From NCBI RefSeq assembly GCF_000186885.1, contig NC_014972.1, forward strand, positions 1,230,001 through 1,262,000: a stretch of DNA of 32,000 nucleotides, read 5' to 3'. This stretch comes from Desulfobulbus propionicus DSM 2032. GTDB lineage: Bacteria; Desulfobacterota; Desulfobulbia; Desulfobulbales; Desulfobulbaceae. The stretch's first letter is position 1. Every line of letters begins with the position of its first letter. The translations under genes were made by a program, and so were the position numbers. The notes beneath the pieces are model-generated. The model made no database searches, was not told the DNA's origin, and saw nothing but the letters and a program-made list of their open reading frames with translations. This document shows, one piece after another, positions 8,383 to 19,170 of this stretch.

Positions 8383-10161
8383 TCAGCCGTCAAGGACCGT
8401 GCGCACGCACCGCGCCAGGTCGGCCATGACCACTGGTTTATGGAGAAAGCCCTCGATGCCGATGGCCCTGGATTTGCGGCTGTCGAGCTGTTCGCTGAAT
8501 CCGGTGCAGATGATGACCTTGACCTCAGGGCGGATTTTCTTGATTTCCCGATAGAGTTGCAGGCCCGTCATCTGCGGCATGGTCAGGTCGGCGATCAGCA
8601 GGTCGATCCGGTCGGCCAGGTTGCGGAAGGCCTCCAGGGCATCGTAACTGCTGATGCGCACTGTCACCTTGTAGCCGAGGCGCTCAAGCATGCTGGTGGT
8701 CACGTCGGCAATGGATTTCTCGTCATCGACCAGCAGAATGTGCTCGCTGCCCCGGGGCATTGGTTCTTGGCTGCGATTGTCGGGAGGGGCCTGGTCGGCG
8801 GCCAGTTCCACCACCGGAAAGAAGAGGGTGAAGGTCGTGCCCTTGCCCAGCTCGCTCGTGACCCGGATCTCGCCGCCGTAGCCGCGCAGGATGCCGAGCA
8901 CCACCGCCAGCCCCAGGCCCGTGCCCTTGCCGCGCGGTTTGGTGGTGAAATAGGGGTCGAAAATTTTGGCCATGGTCTCCTGATCCATGCCATGGCCGCT
9001 GTCCTCGATGGTCAGCTGCTGGTACAAGCCGGGGGAGATGGAGAAATGGTCGAATTCGCCGATGCCGAGGGTCACGGTTTCCAGGCGAATGCCGAGTCGG
9101 CCGCCGGTGCTTTCCATGGCGTGCAAGGCGTTGGTGATCAGATTCATCAGCACCTGATGCAATTGGGTGGAATCGGCCATGACCCGGGGGCCGTGATCGG
9201 GCAGCTGGCAGTCGATGGCGATGGTGGCGGGCAGGGTGGGACGGATCAGGTGCACCACCTCGCGCGCCACCGAGGCAATCGAAACCGGCTGGATCTCCTG
9301 ATCGACCTGGCGGCTGAAGGTCAGGATCTGCTTGACCAGGTCGCGCGCCCGCCGGGAGGCGTCGATGATCCCCTGGCAGTGTTCGCAGACTCCGCCGTTG
9401 CCGGTATTCTCCACCAGCATCAGCTCGGCCCGGCCCATGATCGGAGCAAGGAGATTGTTGAAATCATGGGCAATGCCGCCGGCCAGGCTGCCGATGGCCT
9501 CGAGTTTCTGGGTCTGCTGCAGCTGCTTTTCAAAGGTTTTGATTTCATTTTTCAATTTGACCTGCTCGGTGAGGTCGATCACCGTGACAAAAACCTTGTT
9601 CCAGTTCTGGGCAAAACCCGAGGCGACCACGGCCCGCCGTTCTATGGTCAGCGACGCGCCATCCAATGTTTTGTGGTTGAGGATGATTTCCGAACACCCT
9701 CCTTTGTGGAGGTGGAGCAGGGTATGTTTGAACTGCCCCGCCTGATCGTCGGGCCACACCATGGTCAATCTGGTCAGTTCGTCGGGCGATCCTGCTCGGT
9801 ACATGCGCAAGGCGGCCTGATTGGCGCCGATGATCCGCGCCATGGCCAAACAACGGCTCAGGCTTTCCGGATTGTGGTCAAAATAGGCGCCGATATCGGT
9901 AACTCCCTGTTCCGTCAGTTGATCGATGAAGGTCTTGACCGCGCTCAAATCCTCTTCGAGCAAGGGAATGGGCGAGTGCTCAAACAACAAGTGGTAGCGG
10001 GCCTCGGTTTCGGCCAAGGCCTTTGATTTGTCGGTGATGATGGTTTTCTTTCGCTGGTTGAGGACGATCAGGATCACGAGCAGCAGGGCGGCGGCGATCA
10101 GTCCGGCCACCGTGAACAGTTGCGATACAGGGGGGGCAGCAGAATTGAGCGAGCATGGCAC
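8383..10161 (-). CDS. Hybrid sensor histidine kinase: single TM, PAS, HisKA/HATPase, C-terminal receiver
   Basis: TM at the N-terminus, PAS region, SLAGGIAHDFNNLLAPIMGRAEL H-box, DSGHGMDQETMAKIFDPYFTTKPRGKGTGLGLAVV G-boxes, HILLVDDEKSIAD...LLIADLTMPQMTG receiver. Confidence 0.92.
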   Translation of the reverse strand: MPCSLNSAAPPVSQLFTVAGLIAAALLLVILIVLNQRKKTIITDKSKALAETEARYHLLFEHSPIPLLEEDLSAVKTFIDQLTEQGVTDIGAYFDHNPESLSRCLAMARIIGANQAALRMYRAGSPDELTRLTMVWPDDQAGQFKHTLLHLHKGGCSEIILNHKTLDGASLTIERRAVVASGFAQNWNKVFVTVIDLTEQVKLKNEIKTFEKQLQQTQKLEAIGSLAGGIAHDFNNLLAPIMGRAELMLVENTGNGGVCEHCQGIIDASRRARDLVKQILTFSRQVDQEIQPVSIASVAREVVHLIRPTLPATIAIDCQLPDHGPRVMADSTQLHQVLMNLITNALHAMESTGGRLGIRLETVTLGIGEFDHFSISPGLYQQLTIEDSGHGMDQETMAKIFDPYFTTKPRGKGTGLGLAVVLGILRGYGGEIRVTSELGKGTTFTLFFPVVELAADQAPPDNRSQEPMPRGSEHILLVDDEKSIADVTTSMLERLGYKVTVRISSYDALEAFRNLADRIDLLIADLTMPQMTGLQLYREIKKIRPEVKVIICTGFSEQLDSRKSRAIGIEGFLHKPVVMADLARCVRTVLDG

Positions 10162-10270
10162 TACCTCCGGTTGCGTTCCTGCGTCGAGGTCGATCTGTCG
10201 GAAAAAGGCGGCCGCGCCACGGATGGAATCATGGGGACAGGAGAAGGGGGATCAGCGAACAACATGCCCT

Positions 10271-10300
10271 ATAGTAGGGAGAAACATCCGCAGTTGTCAA
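10271..10300 (-). promoter_or_regulatory. Candidate sigma70 promoter for the histidine kinase gene
   Basis: Reverse strand TTGACA (10300-10295) - 18 nt - TACTAT (10276-10271). Confidence 0.45.
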
Positions 10301-10454
10301 AAGGAAAAATCCCGATACTTGGGGCGGATTGACCGCGGGCGGGCAGGGGGTTGTCCCGGTTGCGCTGGAAACGGTTGACACGGCGGTGGTGATATGTGAA
10401 GACGGGTACGATTTTCACCCCGCGGCATCCCGTTTGACAAGGAGATTTCATGGT

Positions 10455-13400
10455 ATGTGTTCGACTTCGGAAGAGAAATGGCAGTTCTGGATCGATCGCG
10501 GCGGCACCTTTACCGATGTGGTGGCCAAGGCGCCGGACGGCCGGCTGACCAGTTGCAAGCTGTTGTCGGAGAATCCTGAACGCTACCCGGACGCGGCCCT
10601 GCACGGTATCCGTTCCCTGCTGGGGCTGGAGGGAGACGCGCCTATCCCCGCAGAGAGAATCGCATCGGTCAAGATGGGGACCACCGTGGCCACCAATGCC
10701 CTGTTGGAACGGCGGGGGGAGCCGACCCTGTTGATGATCACCCGGGGGTTCGGCGACAGCCTGCGCATCGGCTATCAGAACCGGCCCCAGCTCTTTGCCC
10801 GCCATGTCGTCCTGCCGGAAATGCTGTATGCCCAGGTGATCGAGGTGGAGGAGCGGATCGGTGCCCACGGCGACATCGTGACCCCGCTCAACGAGGAACA
10901 GGCGGAGCGTGGGTTGCGGGACGCCCATGCACAGGGGGTGCGGGCGGTGGCCATCGTGCTGGTGCATGGCTACCGGTTTCCTCGGCATGAGCAGCGACTG
11001 GCCGCCTTGGCCGAATCCATCGGCTTCACCCAGATTTCGGTCAGCCATCGGGTCAGCCCGCTCATCAAGCTGATTGCCCGCGGCGACACCACCGTGGTCG
11101 ATGCCTATCTCTCGCCCATCTTGGACCGTTATGTCGAGCGGGTGGCCGGTCAGCTACCCATCGGCGGCAGCGGCACCCGGCTGATGTTCATGCAGTCGAG
11201 CGGCGGTCTGACCGATGCGTTCCTGTTTCGCGGCAAGGATGCGGTGCTCTCCGGCCCGGCCGGCGGGGTGGTCGGCATGGCCCGCACCGCGGCCATGGCT
11301 GGGTTGACTCGCCTGATCGGCTTTGACATGGGCGGCACCTCCACCGACGTGACCCACTTTGACGGCACGTTCGAGCGCAGTTTTGAAACCGAGGTGGCCG
11401 GGGTGCGGCTACGGGCGCCGATGATGCGCATCCACACCGTGGCCGCCGGCGGCGGTTCGATTCTCCATTTCGAGGCCGGCCGTTTTCGGGTGGGACCCGA
11501 TTCCGCCGGGGCCGATCCTGGTCCGGCCTGCTACCGGCGAGGCGGTCCGCTGACCGTGACCGACTGCAACGTCCTGCTGGGTCGCATCCAGCCGGAGTAT
11601 TTTCCCGCCGTGTTCGGCCCCGGAGGGGATCTGTCGCTGGATCGCGCGGTTGTACGCGACAAATTTCTCCAGCTGGCGGCGCGGATTGGCGCGTCCACGG
11701 GAAGGCCCCCTGCCGGCGCCGAGACCGTGGCCGAGGGGTTTTTGCGCATCGCGGTCGAGAACATGGCCAATGCAATCAAGAAGATTTCGGTCCAGCGCGG
11801 CTACGATGTCACCGCCTACACCCTGCAGTGCTTCGGCGGGGCCGGCGGCCAGCACGCCTGTCGGGTGGCGGATGCCCTGGGCATGGAGCGGATCTTTCTT
11901 CATCCCCTGGCCGGAGTGCTGTCGGCCTACGGCATGGGGCTGGCCGATGTTCGCGCCCTGCGCGAGACACAGATCGAGCATCCCTTTGCCGATCCGGCCC
12001 TAGCCGCCCAGATTGCCGATGCCGCCGAACCGCTGCTGGCCGAAGCCGATGCCGAGGTGCGCAATCAAGGGGTGACCGAGGACCGGATCCACCCCCTGTG
12101 CACGGTCTCTCTGCGCTACAGCGGCACCGACACCGCCCTGGCGGTGGAACTCGATACTCCGGAAGCCATGCGCCGCGCTTTTGAGGCGGCCCATCGCCGG
12201 CGATTCGGCTTCATCTCGCCGGATCGTGAGCTGATGGTCGAGACCCTGGCGGTCGAGATCGTGGGCTGCGGCGAACCACTGCTGGAACCGGAGCTGCCCT
12301 TGACCGAGACCGCTGTCCAGCCGGCGCGAAAGGTGCCCATGTGGAGCGGCGGCGCATGGCGGCAAGTGCCGCTGTACCTGCGCGAGGATCTCAAGCCGGG
12401 CCACCGGCTGCAGGGACCGGCAATCATCGTCGAACCCATCGGCACCGTGGTGTTGGAGCCAGGTTGGCAGGCCTTGGTCAACAGCCGCAACCACCTCCTG
12501 ATGGAACGCCGCGCAGCCCGCCCAGGAGTTGAAGTCGTCGCCACCACCGTTGATCCGGTCATGTTGGAAGTGTTCGCCAACCTGTTCATGTCAATTGCCG
12601 AGCAGATGGGCGTGACCCTGGCCAACACCGCTCATTCGGTCAATATCAAGGAACGGCTCGATTTTTCCTGCGCCCTCTTTGACGCCGACGGCAATTTGGT
12701 GGCCAATGCGCCCCATGTGCCGGTCCATCTGGGGTCCATGGGCGAATCGGTGCGGGCCGTTCTGCGCGACAACCGGGGGCGGATGCGGCCCGGCGACGTG
12801 TTCATGCAGAACGCGCCCTACAACGGCGGCACCCATCTACCGGACGTGACCGTGATCACCCCTTGCTGGGATGCGGCCGGACGCGAGATTCTCTTTTTCG
12901 TCGGCTCGCGCGGACATCATGCCGACATCGGCGGCCGTACCCCCGGCTCATCGCCGCCCGATTCGCGCCGTATCGAGGAAGAAGGCATCGTGATCGACAA
13001 CTGGCTGTTGGTGCAAGAAGGGGTGTTCCGTGAGCAGGCCACCCGGGAGTTGCTGCTCTCCGGTCCCTATCCCTGCCGCAAGGTCGAGCAGAACCTGGCC
13101 GATCTGACCGCCCAGATCGCGGCCAACGAGACCGGGGTACGCGAGTTGCGGCGCATGGTCGAGCACTTCGGCCTGGACACGGTCCGCGCCTACATGCGCC
13201 ATGTCCAGGACAATGCCGAAGCCTCGGTGCGGCAGGTGTTGTCGGCCCTGCGCGATGGCGCGTTCACCTATCCCATGGACGACGGCAGCCGCATCCAGGT
13301 GCGGATTACCGTGGATCCAACGGCCGGCGAAGCCATCATCGATTTCACCGGCACCTCGCCCCAGCATCCGGGCAACCGCAATGCGCCCCGTTCGGTGTGC

Positions 13401-14099
13401 CGGGCCGCGGTGCTCTACGTGTTCCGCACCTTGATCAACGATGATCTGCCACTCAACGAGGGCTGCCTCAAGCCATTGAGGATCGTCATTCCCGAAGGAT
13501 CGATGATCAATCCCCGCTATCCGGCGGCGGTGATTGCCGGCAACACCGAGGTTTCGCAGGCGATCACCGACTGTCTCTACGGTGCGCTCGGCCTGTTGGC
13601 CGCCTCCCAGGGGACGATGAACAACTTTCTCTATGGCAACGAGGTCCACCAGAATTACGAGACCATCTGCGGCGGTACCGGTGCCGGGCCGGATCACGAT
13701 GGCACCAGCGCGGTGCACAGCCACATGACCAACACCCGCATGACCGATCCCGAGGTGCTGGAACTGCGTTTTCCGGTGCGGGTCGAGGCTTTTGCCATCC
13801 GCCGGGGCTCCGGGGGCCGCGGCCGGTTCCGGGGTGGCGACGGCGTTGTCCGGCGGATGCGCTTTCTCGAACCCATGACCGCCACCATTCTTTCCTCCAG
13901 CCGGGTGACCGCCCCCTACGGGCTTGCGGGCGGCCAGCCCGGCCAGTGCGGCCGCAACACCCTGGTGCGCAACGAGGGACGGGTGGTCGCCTTGCAAGGA
14001 AACGACGAGGTGAAGGTGGACAGCGGCGATGTGATCGTCATCGAAACCCCGGGTGGCGGCGGGTTTGGACCGCCCGACGCCGAGCAGCCGGTCCGATGA
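10455..14099 (+). CDS. 5-oxoprolinase / hydantoinase (fused HyuA-HyuB type)
   Basis: [19 protein letters not shown] at the N-terminus, [27 protein letters not shown], then hydantoinase-B half ([43 protein letters not shown]...GNRNAPRSV...[31 protein letters not shown]). The ORF track extends upstream to 10329. Confidence 0.93.
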   Translation: MCSTSEEKWQFWIDRGGTFTDVVAKAPDGRLTSCKLLSENPERYPDAALHGIRSLLGLEGDAPIPAERIASVKMGTTVATNALLERRGEPTLLMITRGFGDSLRIGYQNRPQLFARHVVLPEMLYAQVIEVEERIGAHGDIVTPLNEEQAERGLRDAHAQGVRAVAIVLVHGYRFPRHEQRLAALAESIGFTQISVSHRVSPLIKLIARGDTTVVDAYLSPILDRYVERVAGQLPIGGSGTRLMFMQSSGGLTDAFLFRGKDAVLSGPAGGVVGMARTAAMAGLTRLIGFDMGGTSTDVTHFDGTFERSFETEVAGVRLRAPMMRIHTVAAGGGSILHFEAGRFRVGPDSAGADPGPACYRRGGPLTVTDCNVLLGRIQPEYFPAVFGPGGDLSLDRAVVRDKFLQLAARIGASTGRPPAGAETVAEGFLRIAVENMANAIKKISVQRGYDVTAYTLQCFGGAGGQHACRVADALGMERIFLHPLAGVLSAYGMGLADVRALRETQIEHPFADPALAAQIADAAEPLLAEADAEVRNQGVTEDRIHPLCTVSLRYSGTDTALAVELDTPEAMRRAFEAAHRRRFGFISPDRELMVETLAVEIVGCGEPLLEPELPLTETAVQPARKVPMWSGGAWRQVPLYLREDLKPGHRLQGPAIIVEPIGTVVLEPGWQALVNSRNHLLMERRAARPGVEVVATTVDPVMLEVFANLFMSIAEQMGVTLANTAHSVNIKERLDFSCALFDADGNLVANAPHVPVHLGSMGESVRAVLRDNRGRMRPGDVFMQNAPYNGGTHLPDVTVITPCWDAAGREILFFVGSRGHHADIGGRTPGSSPPDSRRIEEEGIVIDNWLLVQEGVFREQATRELLLSGPYPCRKVEQNLADLTAQIAANETGVRELRRMVEHFGLDTVRAYMRHVQDNAEASVRQVLSALRDGAFTYPMDDGSRIQVRITVDPTAGEAIIDFTGTSPQHPGNRNAPRSVCRAAVLYVFRTLINDDLPLNEGCLKPLRIVIPEGSMINPRYPAAVIAGNTEVSQAITDCLYGALGLLAASQGTMNNFLYGNEVHQNYETICGGTGAGPDHDGTSAVHSHMTNTRMTDPEVLELRFPVRVEAFAIRRGSGGRGRFRGGDGVVRRMRFLEPMTATILSSSRVTAPYGLAGGQPGQCGRNTLVRNEGRVVALQGNDEVKVDSGDVIVIETPGGGGFGPPDAEQPVR

Positions 14100-14223
14100 C
14101 CTCCGGATCGTTTTGCCGGGGATCGCGGCCCCGCTGGCCCATGGCAGTCTGCTTGAGACAAGGTGGTGATCAGGTGGCGGCGAGGGAAAATTGGCGGTAG
14201 CTTCCGGTAACTTCAAAATAACA

Positions 14224-14252
14224 TTGACAATAATTTCAGGTTTGGCTAGCTT
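14224..14252 (+). promoter_or_regulatory. Candidate sigma70 promoter for the rhodanese-MBL gene
   Basis: TTGACA - 17 nt - TAGCTT, 50 nt upstream of ATG 14302; RBS CCAGGAG. Confidence 0.5.
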
Positions 14253-14301
14253 TCGCAAAGCCCGTTGCAGGTACGGCAATTCTTACCCTCCAGGAGCGCA
14301 C

Positions 14302-15462
14302 ATGGCACCCTTCACCTACGAGGCAAAGGACCTGTTCCAGTGGTTGACCACCCGGGAAGACATGGTGGTGGTCGATGTCAGAAATGAAAAGGATTTCAAT
14401 CGCTTCCACGTCGAAAGCCCTTATCCGTTCACCCTCCGCAACATTTCCTATTACGAATTCATGGAAAACGAGGAGGAGTCGGTTGGCCGTATTCCTCAAG
14501 GCAGCAAGGTGCGCATCGTCTGCGCCAAGGAAGGGTCAGCCAAGTATGTGGCGGATATTTTTGCCAAACATGGATACGACGTCGGCTATCTGCGCGGCGG
14601 CATCAAGACCTGGGGCAATCTCCTGGTGCCGATGCTGGTGGCCCGCAACGATGGGTACGAACTGTATCAGTTCATCCGTCCGGGCAAGGCCTCGTGCAGC
14701 TACGGTCTGATCAGCGGCAAGGAGATGATGCTCTTCGACCCTTCGCGCAACCTTGAATTCTATCTGGGCTTTGCCGCGGACAAGGGCTGCATGATCAGCA
14801 AAACCTTTGAAACCCATCTCCAAGCCGACTACATCGCCGGCAGCCGCGACATCGCCAAACGAACCGGTGCCGTGTTTTACGCCAACGACGGCGATTTCAA
14901 GACCTCGAAAAATCCCTACACCCCGTTGCGCGACGGCGAGATCCACCGTTTCAGCCTCGGCGGTCCCACGGTGCGGATCCTGTTCACCCCCGGTCATACC
15001 CCTGGTTCCACCTCCTACGTGATCGACGAGCGGTTCCTCATTTCCGGGGACATGGTGTTCATCAACTCGGTCGGCCGGCCCGATCTGGGAGGCAAGGCCG
15101 AGGAATGGGCTGGCATGCTGTTCGACTCGATCCAGATGGTCAAGGGGCTCGATCGCCAGCTCATGGTGCTCCCCGCGCACTATATCGACTGGGATGAGGC
15201 CAACGAACAGTTGATCTTCACCCGCCCCCTGGGTGAGGTGTTCGAGCGCAACCAGGAAATTTACGAAATCGGGACGCTGGCGGCCTTTGTCGACTTCATC
15301 AAGGCCAATATGCGGCCCCAGCCCGAGGAATACGCCACGATCCGCCTGGTCAACGCCAACCTCCGCGAGGAAGACGAGGACCGCCAGGAAGAACTGGATC
15401 TGGGCAAGAACGAGTGCGCCGCCTCGGCCTATGCCAAGACCCAGACAGCCAGGGCCGGTTGA
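14302..15462 (+). CDS. Rhodanese-like domain fused to MBL-fold (persulfide-dioxygenase-like) domain, atypical metal-binding motif
   Basis: N-terminal MVVVDVRNEKDFNRFHVE...VRIVCAKEGSAKYVADIFAKHGYDVGYLRGGIKTW (rhodanese), then FETHLQADYIAGSRDIA, FTPGHTPGSTSYVI, SGDMVFINSVGRPDL, VLPAHYIDW (MBL). Confidence 0.85.
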   Translation: MAPFTYEAKDLFQWLTTREDMVVVDVRNEKDFNRFHVESPYPFTLRNISYYEFMENEEESVGRIPQGSKVRIVCAKEGSAKYVADIFAKHGYDVGYLRGGIKTWGNLLVPMLVARNDGYELYQFIRPGKASCSYGLISGKEMMLFDPSRNLEFYLGFAADKGCMISKTFETHLQADYIAGSRDIAKRTGAVFYANDGDFKTSKNPYTPLRDGEIHRFSLGGPTVRILFTPGHTPGSTSYVIDERFLISGDMVFINSVGRPDLGGKAEEWAGMLFDSIQMVKGLDRQLMVLPAHYIDWDEANEQLIFTRPLGEVFERNQEIYEIGTLAAFVDFIKANMRPQPEEYATIRLVNANLREEDEDRQEELDLGKNECAASAYAKTQTARAG

Positions 15463-15561
15463 GGTCACCGCGCCGCTTTGCTTGAATGATTGTCAGGCTG
15501 TCCGCGGGCCCGCTCCGGACCGTCGGTCGTTTTTTTTCCTTCTTCTTTTCATACAAGGTTT

Positions 15562-16362
15562 ATGCAGATACCACATCTCTCCTCCTCTCTATGCAAAGGG
15601 CTGCTGTTCTTTTCCCTCCTCACCCTCGCCAGCCCTTGGCCGGTTCCGGTTGCCACCGGCACCGATCTGCCCACCACCCCCAAGGCAGAAACCGCCATGG
15701 CCCAGACCCGGCCCAAGATCCAGCAGGAGTTGCAGGCCAAGGGCTTTGCCGTCGGGCAACCGATTTTTGTCCGTATTTTCAAGATCCCCGGCATACTCGA
15801 ACTGTGGATGAACAAGGGCCGTGGATTCGAATTGTTCAAAGCCTACAAGGTCTGCAACTATTCCGGCTTCCCCGGCCCCAAGATCAGCGAAGGCGATTGG
15901 CAGGCACCCGAGGGCTTCTACAGTGTTTCGGCCGAGCAGCTGAATCCCAATTCCGGTTATCACCTGGCCTTTGATATCGGGTATCCCAATGCATTCGATG
16001 TGGCCAAGCGCCGGACAGGCAATCTGATCATGGTGCACGGCAACTGCAAGTCAGTGGGCTGTTTCGCCATGACCGACCGCCGCATCGAGGAAATTTACCT
16101 GTTGGCGCACGAGGCCCTTGCCCAAGGCCAGGAGCGGTTCGATGTCCACATCTTTCCTTTTCCGCTGACCCAGCGCAATCTGAAGAAATTCGCCGCTTCG
16201 CCCTGGATCAAGTTCTGGGAGAGTCTGGAGCCGGGTTATTCGGCCTTTGAGATGTCCAAGCAGGTACCGCAGATCGCGGTACAAAACGGCGAGTATGTGG
16301 TCACCTCGCGCGTGCCGAAACTGGCCATGCGCAACAGCTTCGAACAGGATCGCTCAAACTAA
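15562..16362 (+). CDS. YafK-like murein L,D-transpeptidase family protein, secreted
   Basis: Signal-like N-terminus and catalytic motif IMVHGNCKSVGCFAMTD (HGxxxSxGC). Start placed at ATG 15562; the track start at 15490 is also possible. Confidence 0.85.
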   Translation: MQIPHLSSSLCKGLLFFSLLTLASPWPVPVATGTDLPTTPKAETAMAQTRPKIQQELQAKGFAVGQPIFVRIFKIPGILELWMNKGRGFELFKAYKVCNYSGFPGPKISEGDWQAPEGFYSVSAEQLNPNSGYHLAFDIGYPNAFDVAKRRTGNLIMVHGNCKSVGCFAMTDRRIEEIYLLAHEALAQGQERFDVHIFPFPLTQRNLKKFAASPWIKFWESLEPGYSAFEMSKQVPQIAVQNGEYVVTSRVPKLAMRNSFEQDRSN

Positions 16363-16452
16363 ACCCGGGGCCGCGCATCACGCAAACGGCACGCCCGCCG
16401 CACAGGCTTTTTGCCGGCCGCTTATTTTTTTCCTTCAACGCCTTTGTTGACG

Positions 16453-16491
16453 AACTCCATCCGGGCAGGGTACCGCCCGGATGGAGTTTTT
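16453..16491 (+). terminator. Intrinsic terminator downstream of the L,D-transpeptidase gene
   Basis: AACTCCATCCGGGC-AGGGTACC-GCCCGGATGGAGTT, perfect 14-bp stem, followed by TTTTTC. Confidence 0.9.
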
Positions 16492-16532
16492 CTTTCACAC
16501 AGGCGGCGAGAGACACCGTATCGGAGAACGCG

Positions 16533-17414
16533 ATGACCGGACCAATAGCCGTTGAAATCCTGGCGGTCGGCAATGAGCTGCTGCGGGGCGAAATCCTCGA
16601 CACCAACAGCCACTGGATCTGTCGTCTGGTCAACAGCCGGGGCGGCCGGGTGGTCCGGGTGACCATGCTGCCGGACATCGAGGCGGAGATCGTCGCTGCG
16701 GTGCGCTCGGCCATCGACCGGGAGGTGGCGGTGGTGTTCACCTCGGGCGGCCTGGGGCCAACCGACGATGATCTCACCCTGGAGGCGGTGGCCAAGGGAG
16801 CGGGGGTGGAACTGGCGCTCGATGCAACCGCGCGGGAAATGGTGCGGCAACGCTATGACGATTTCCATGCCCAGGGCGTGCTGGCCGAGGGCGGGCTCAA
16901 TCCTTTCCGGGAAAAGATGGCTTGGTTGCCGAAGGGCGCCGTGCCGCTCCATAACCCGGTGGGCACCGCTCCGGGAGTGTTGCTGTCCGTGGGCCGAACG
17001 GTGATCATCTCCCTGCCGGGAGTGCCACCGGAACTGGAGGGGATCATCCGCCACTCGCTGGCCGCTTTCATCGATCAGACCTTTGGCAACGGCGGGAGCT
17101 TTGCCCGCAGCCTGACCGTGCGCTGCAACGACGAGTCGATCATGGTGCCGGTGCTCAGCCGGGTGGTCGAGGGACATCCCCATGTGTACATCAAATCCCT
17201 GGCCCGGGCGTTGGGCGAGGTGGCGGAGTTGGATATTTTGTTCACGGTCATCGGCGGTGACGCGCATCAGCGCCAAGACTGGGTTGATGCGGCGATGGCC
17301 GAACTGGAACAGGGTTTGACGGCGCTGGGTATCGAACATTGGGAGAAGCAGCGTCATCTGGGTGACGACTCGGCCTGGGCGCCTTGCGTACACCAAAGAT
17401 GTTTCATCCCCTGA
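16533..17414 (+). CDS. CinA-like (MoCF-biosynthesis domain) protein lacking the C-terminal PncC/CinA-C domain
   Basis: VEILAVGNELLRGEILDTNSHWICRLV, VVFTSGGLGPTDDDLTLEAVAK, LHNPVGTAPGVLL, IISLPGVPPEL. Length about 293 aa. Confidence 0.88.
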   Translation: MTGPIAVEILAVGNELLRGEILDTNSHWICRLVNSRGGRVVRVTMLPDIEAEIVAAVRSAIDREVAVVFTSGGLGPTDDDLTLEAVAKGAGVELALDATAREMVRQRYDDFHAQGVLAEGGLNPFREKMAWLPKGAVPLHNPVGTAPGVLLSVGRTVIISLPGVPPELEGIIRHSLAAFIDQTFGNGGSFARSLTVRCNDESIMVPVLSRVVEGHPHVYIKSLARALGEVAELDILFTVIGGDAHQRQDWVDAAMAELEQGLTALGIEHWEKQRHLGDDSAWAPCVHQRCFIP

Positions 17415-19053
17415 GCCAGAAATCCACCGGATGAAAACGCTCGGCATCGAACAGACCGCGATCGGTCAGTTTGAGGGCCGGGATCACCGGCAGGGCAAGG
17501 AAGGACAGCGTCATGAAGGGGGCGCGCAGGCTGCAGCCGCAGGCCCTCGCCGCCCGGGTGACCAGGTCATGCTCAGCCGCCGCCTGCGCACAGCCCCCGG
17601 TTGTCATCAGTCCGGCCACCGGTAGGGGCATGACGTGCAGCTGCCCCTGCCCATCCGTGACCGCCAGTCCGCCGCCATGGGCCACCACCGCATTGACGGC
17701 CCGGGCCATGAGGGCGTCGTCGGTACCGGCAACAATTACGTGGTGGGCGTCATGGGCCACGCTGGCGGCCAGGGCTCCGGCGGTCAGCCCGAAACCGGCG
17801 GCCAGCGCCAAGCCGGGCGGCGCATCAACGGTGTAGCGGTTGAACACCGCCAGTTTGACCAAATCGCGTGCCGGATCAGCGACCACCGCGCCGCCGCGCA
17901 TGGTGGGTTGGCAGCTGCCGGCATCGGTGAGCAGTTGGCCATCGCGCACCCCGATGACCCGGCAGGACCCCTTTTGTGCGGGAATGCGGAAGCTTTCCGC
18001 ATACACCGGACGCAGGACGAACTGGTTGGGACAATCGAGCGGCTCCAGGAGCGGCAAGCAGCTCTCCCCGTTCTCCGCAGCGACCTGACCGGCGAGTACC
18101 GTGCGCCGCACGCGGAAATCGCGCAGATCGTCGACCTCGATCCAATCTGCTCGGTCCCCCGGCTGCAGCAGGCCCAGGTCAAGGCGGTAGTGGCGCGCGG
18201 GGTTGACACTGGCGGCCCGCAGCACATCGAACAGATCGATACCCGCAGCCACCGCGATGCGCACCGAGGCGTCAATATGGTCCCGTGAAAGGTCATCGGG
18301 GTGTTTGTCGTCGGTGCACAGCATGCAAGCGTGCGGAAAGCGGGCGAGCACCGGCAGCAGGGCGTCGAACTGCCGGGCCGCCGATCCCCGGCGGAGCTGA
18401 ATGAACATGCCGGCCGCCGCCTTCTCCATGGCCTCGTCAAGATCGAGACACTCGTGGTCGGTGCTGATGCCGGCCTGGAGGTAGCGGCGCAGATCCTCGC
18501 CGCGCAGGCCGGGCGCGTGGCCATCCACCGGTTTGCCGCGCTGCCGGGCGGCCGCGATCTTGGCTGCGGTTTCCGCGTCTCCCGACAGCACGCCGGGGAC
18601 GTTCATCATCTCCGAGAGGTGGGAAATGTCGGGCCGGGCGAGCAATTGGGCGACCTGGGCGGCATCGAGGACTGCTCCCGCGCTATCGAATGGCGTGGCA
18701 GGTACGCAGGAGGGCGCGCCGGTGGCGAAACGAAACGGCGTCCGGGCCGCCTCGGCGAGCATGAACTCCACCCCGCGCCGGCCGAGCACATTGGCGATTT
18801 CATGGGGGTCGGTCACCGCCGCCACGGTTCCGTGGCGCACCGCTTCCCGGGCAAAGGCGGTGGGGGTGAGCATCGAACTCTCCACATGAACATGGGCATC
18901 GACCCATCCGGGCAGGAGGAAACCCGGCGCGGGCGAGGATTCGGGGACCACGGAGGCAATTCGGCCCGTGGGCCCGACTTCGATCCGCGCCCCGAACATC
19001 CGCCGATTGACCGCGTCCACCACTGTGCCGCTGACTGTCCTGACCTGTTCCAT
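17404..19053 (-). CDS. ade: Adenine deaminase
   Basis: GFLLPGWVDAHVHVESSMLTPTAFAREAVRHGTVAAVTDPHEIANVLG; ISTDHE, LDLGLLQPGDRAD, VNAVVAHGGGLAV and MTLSFLALPVIPALKLTDRGLFD C-terminal motifs. Confidence 0.94.
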   Translation of the reverse strand: MEQVRTVSGTVVDAVNRRMFGARIEVGPTGRIASVVPESSPAPGFLLPGWVDAHVHVESSMLTPTAFAREAVRHGTVAAVTDPHEIANVLGRRGVEFMLAEAARTPFRFATGAPSCVPATPFDSAGAVLDAAQVAQLLARPDISHLSEMMNVPGVLSGDAETAAKIAAARQRGKPVDGHAPGLRGEDLRRYLQAGISTDHECLDLDEAMEKAAAGMFIQLRRGSAARQFDALLPVLARFPHACMLCTDDKHPDDLSRDHIDASVRIAVAAGIDLFDVLRAASVNPARHYRLDLGLLQPGDRADWIEVDDLRDFRVRRTVLAGQVAAENGESCLPLLEPLDCPNQFVLRPVYAESFRIPAQKGSCRVIGVRDGQLLTDAGSCQPTMRGGAVVADPARDLVKLAVFNRYTVDAPPGLALAAGFGLTAGALAASVAHDAHHVIVAGTDDALMARAVNAVVAHGGGLAVTDGQGQLHVMPLPVAGLMTTGGCAQAAAEHDLVTRAARACGCSLRAPFMTLSFLALPVIPALKLTDRGLFDAERFHPVDFWLRG

Positions 19054-19170
19054 GGTTTCTTCCTCCCTACAGGGTGCGTGGAGCCGTTCGTGCTAAGCGC
19101 ATGCGGTTGCCGTGGATGCAGCGTAGCCAAAAATGGCAGGCATTGCCAGTCAAGATGCGCCGCAGCCCAT

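Noticed and set aside
8371-10026. 551-aa forward ORF antisense to the histidine kinase
   Set aside because: Low-information mirror of a clear PAS-HisKA-HATPase-REC coding sequence; no recognisable motifs.
12948-14279. 443-aa reverse ORF opposite the 5-oxoprolinase
   Set aside because: Opposes strongly conserved hydantoinase-B sequence; composition consistent with a GC-driven shadow ORF.
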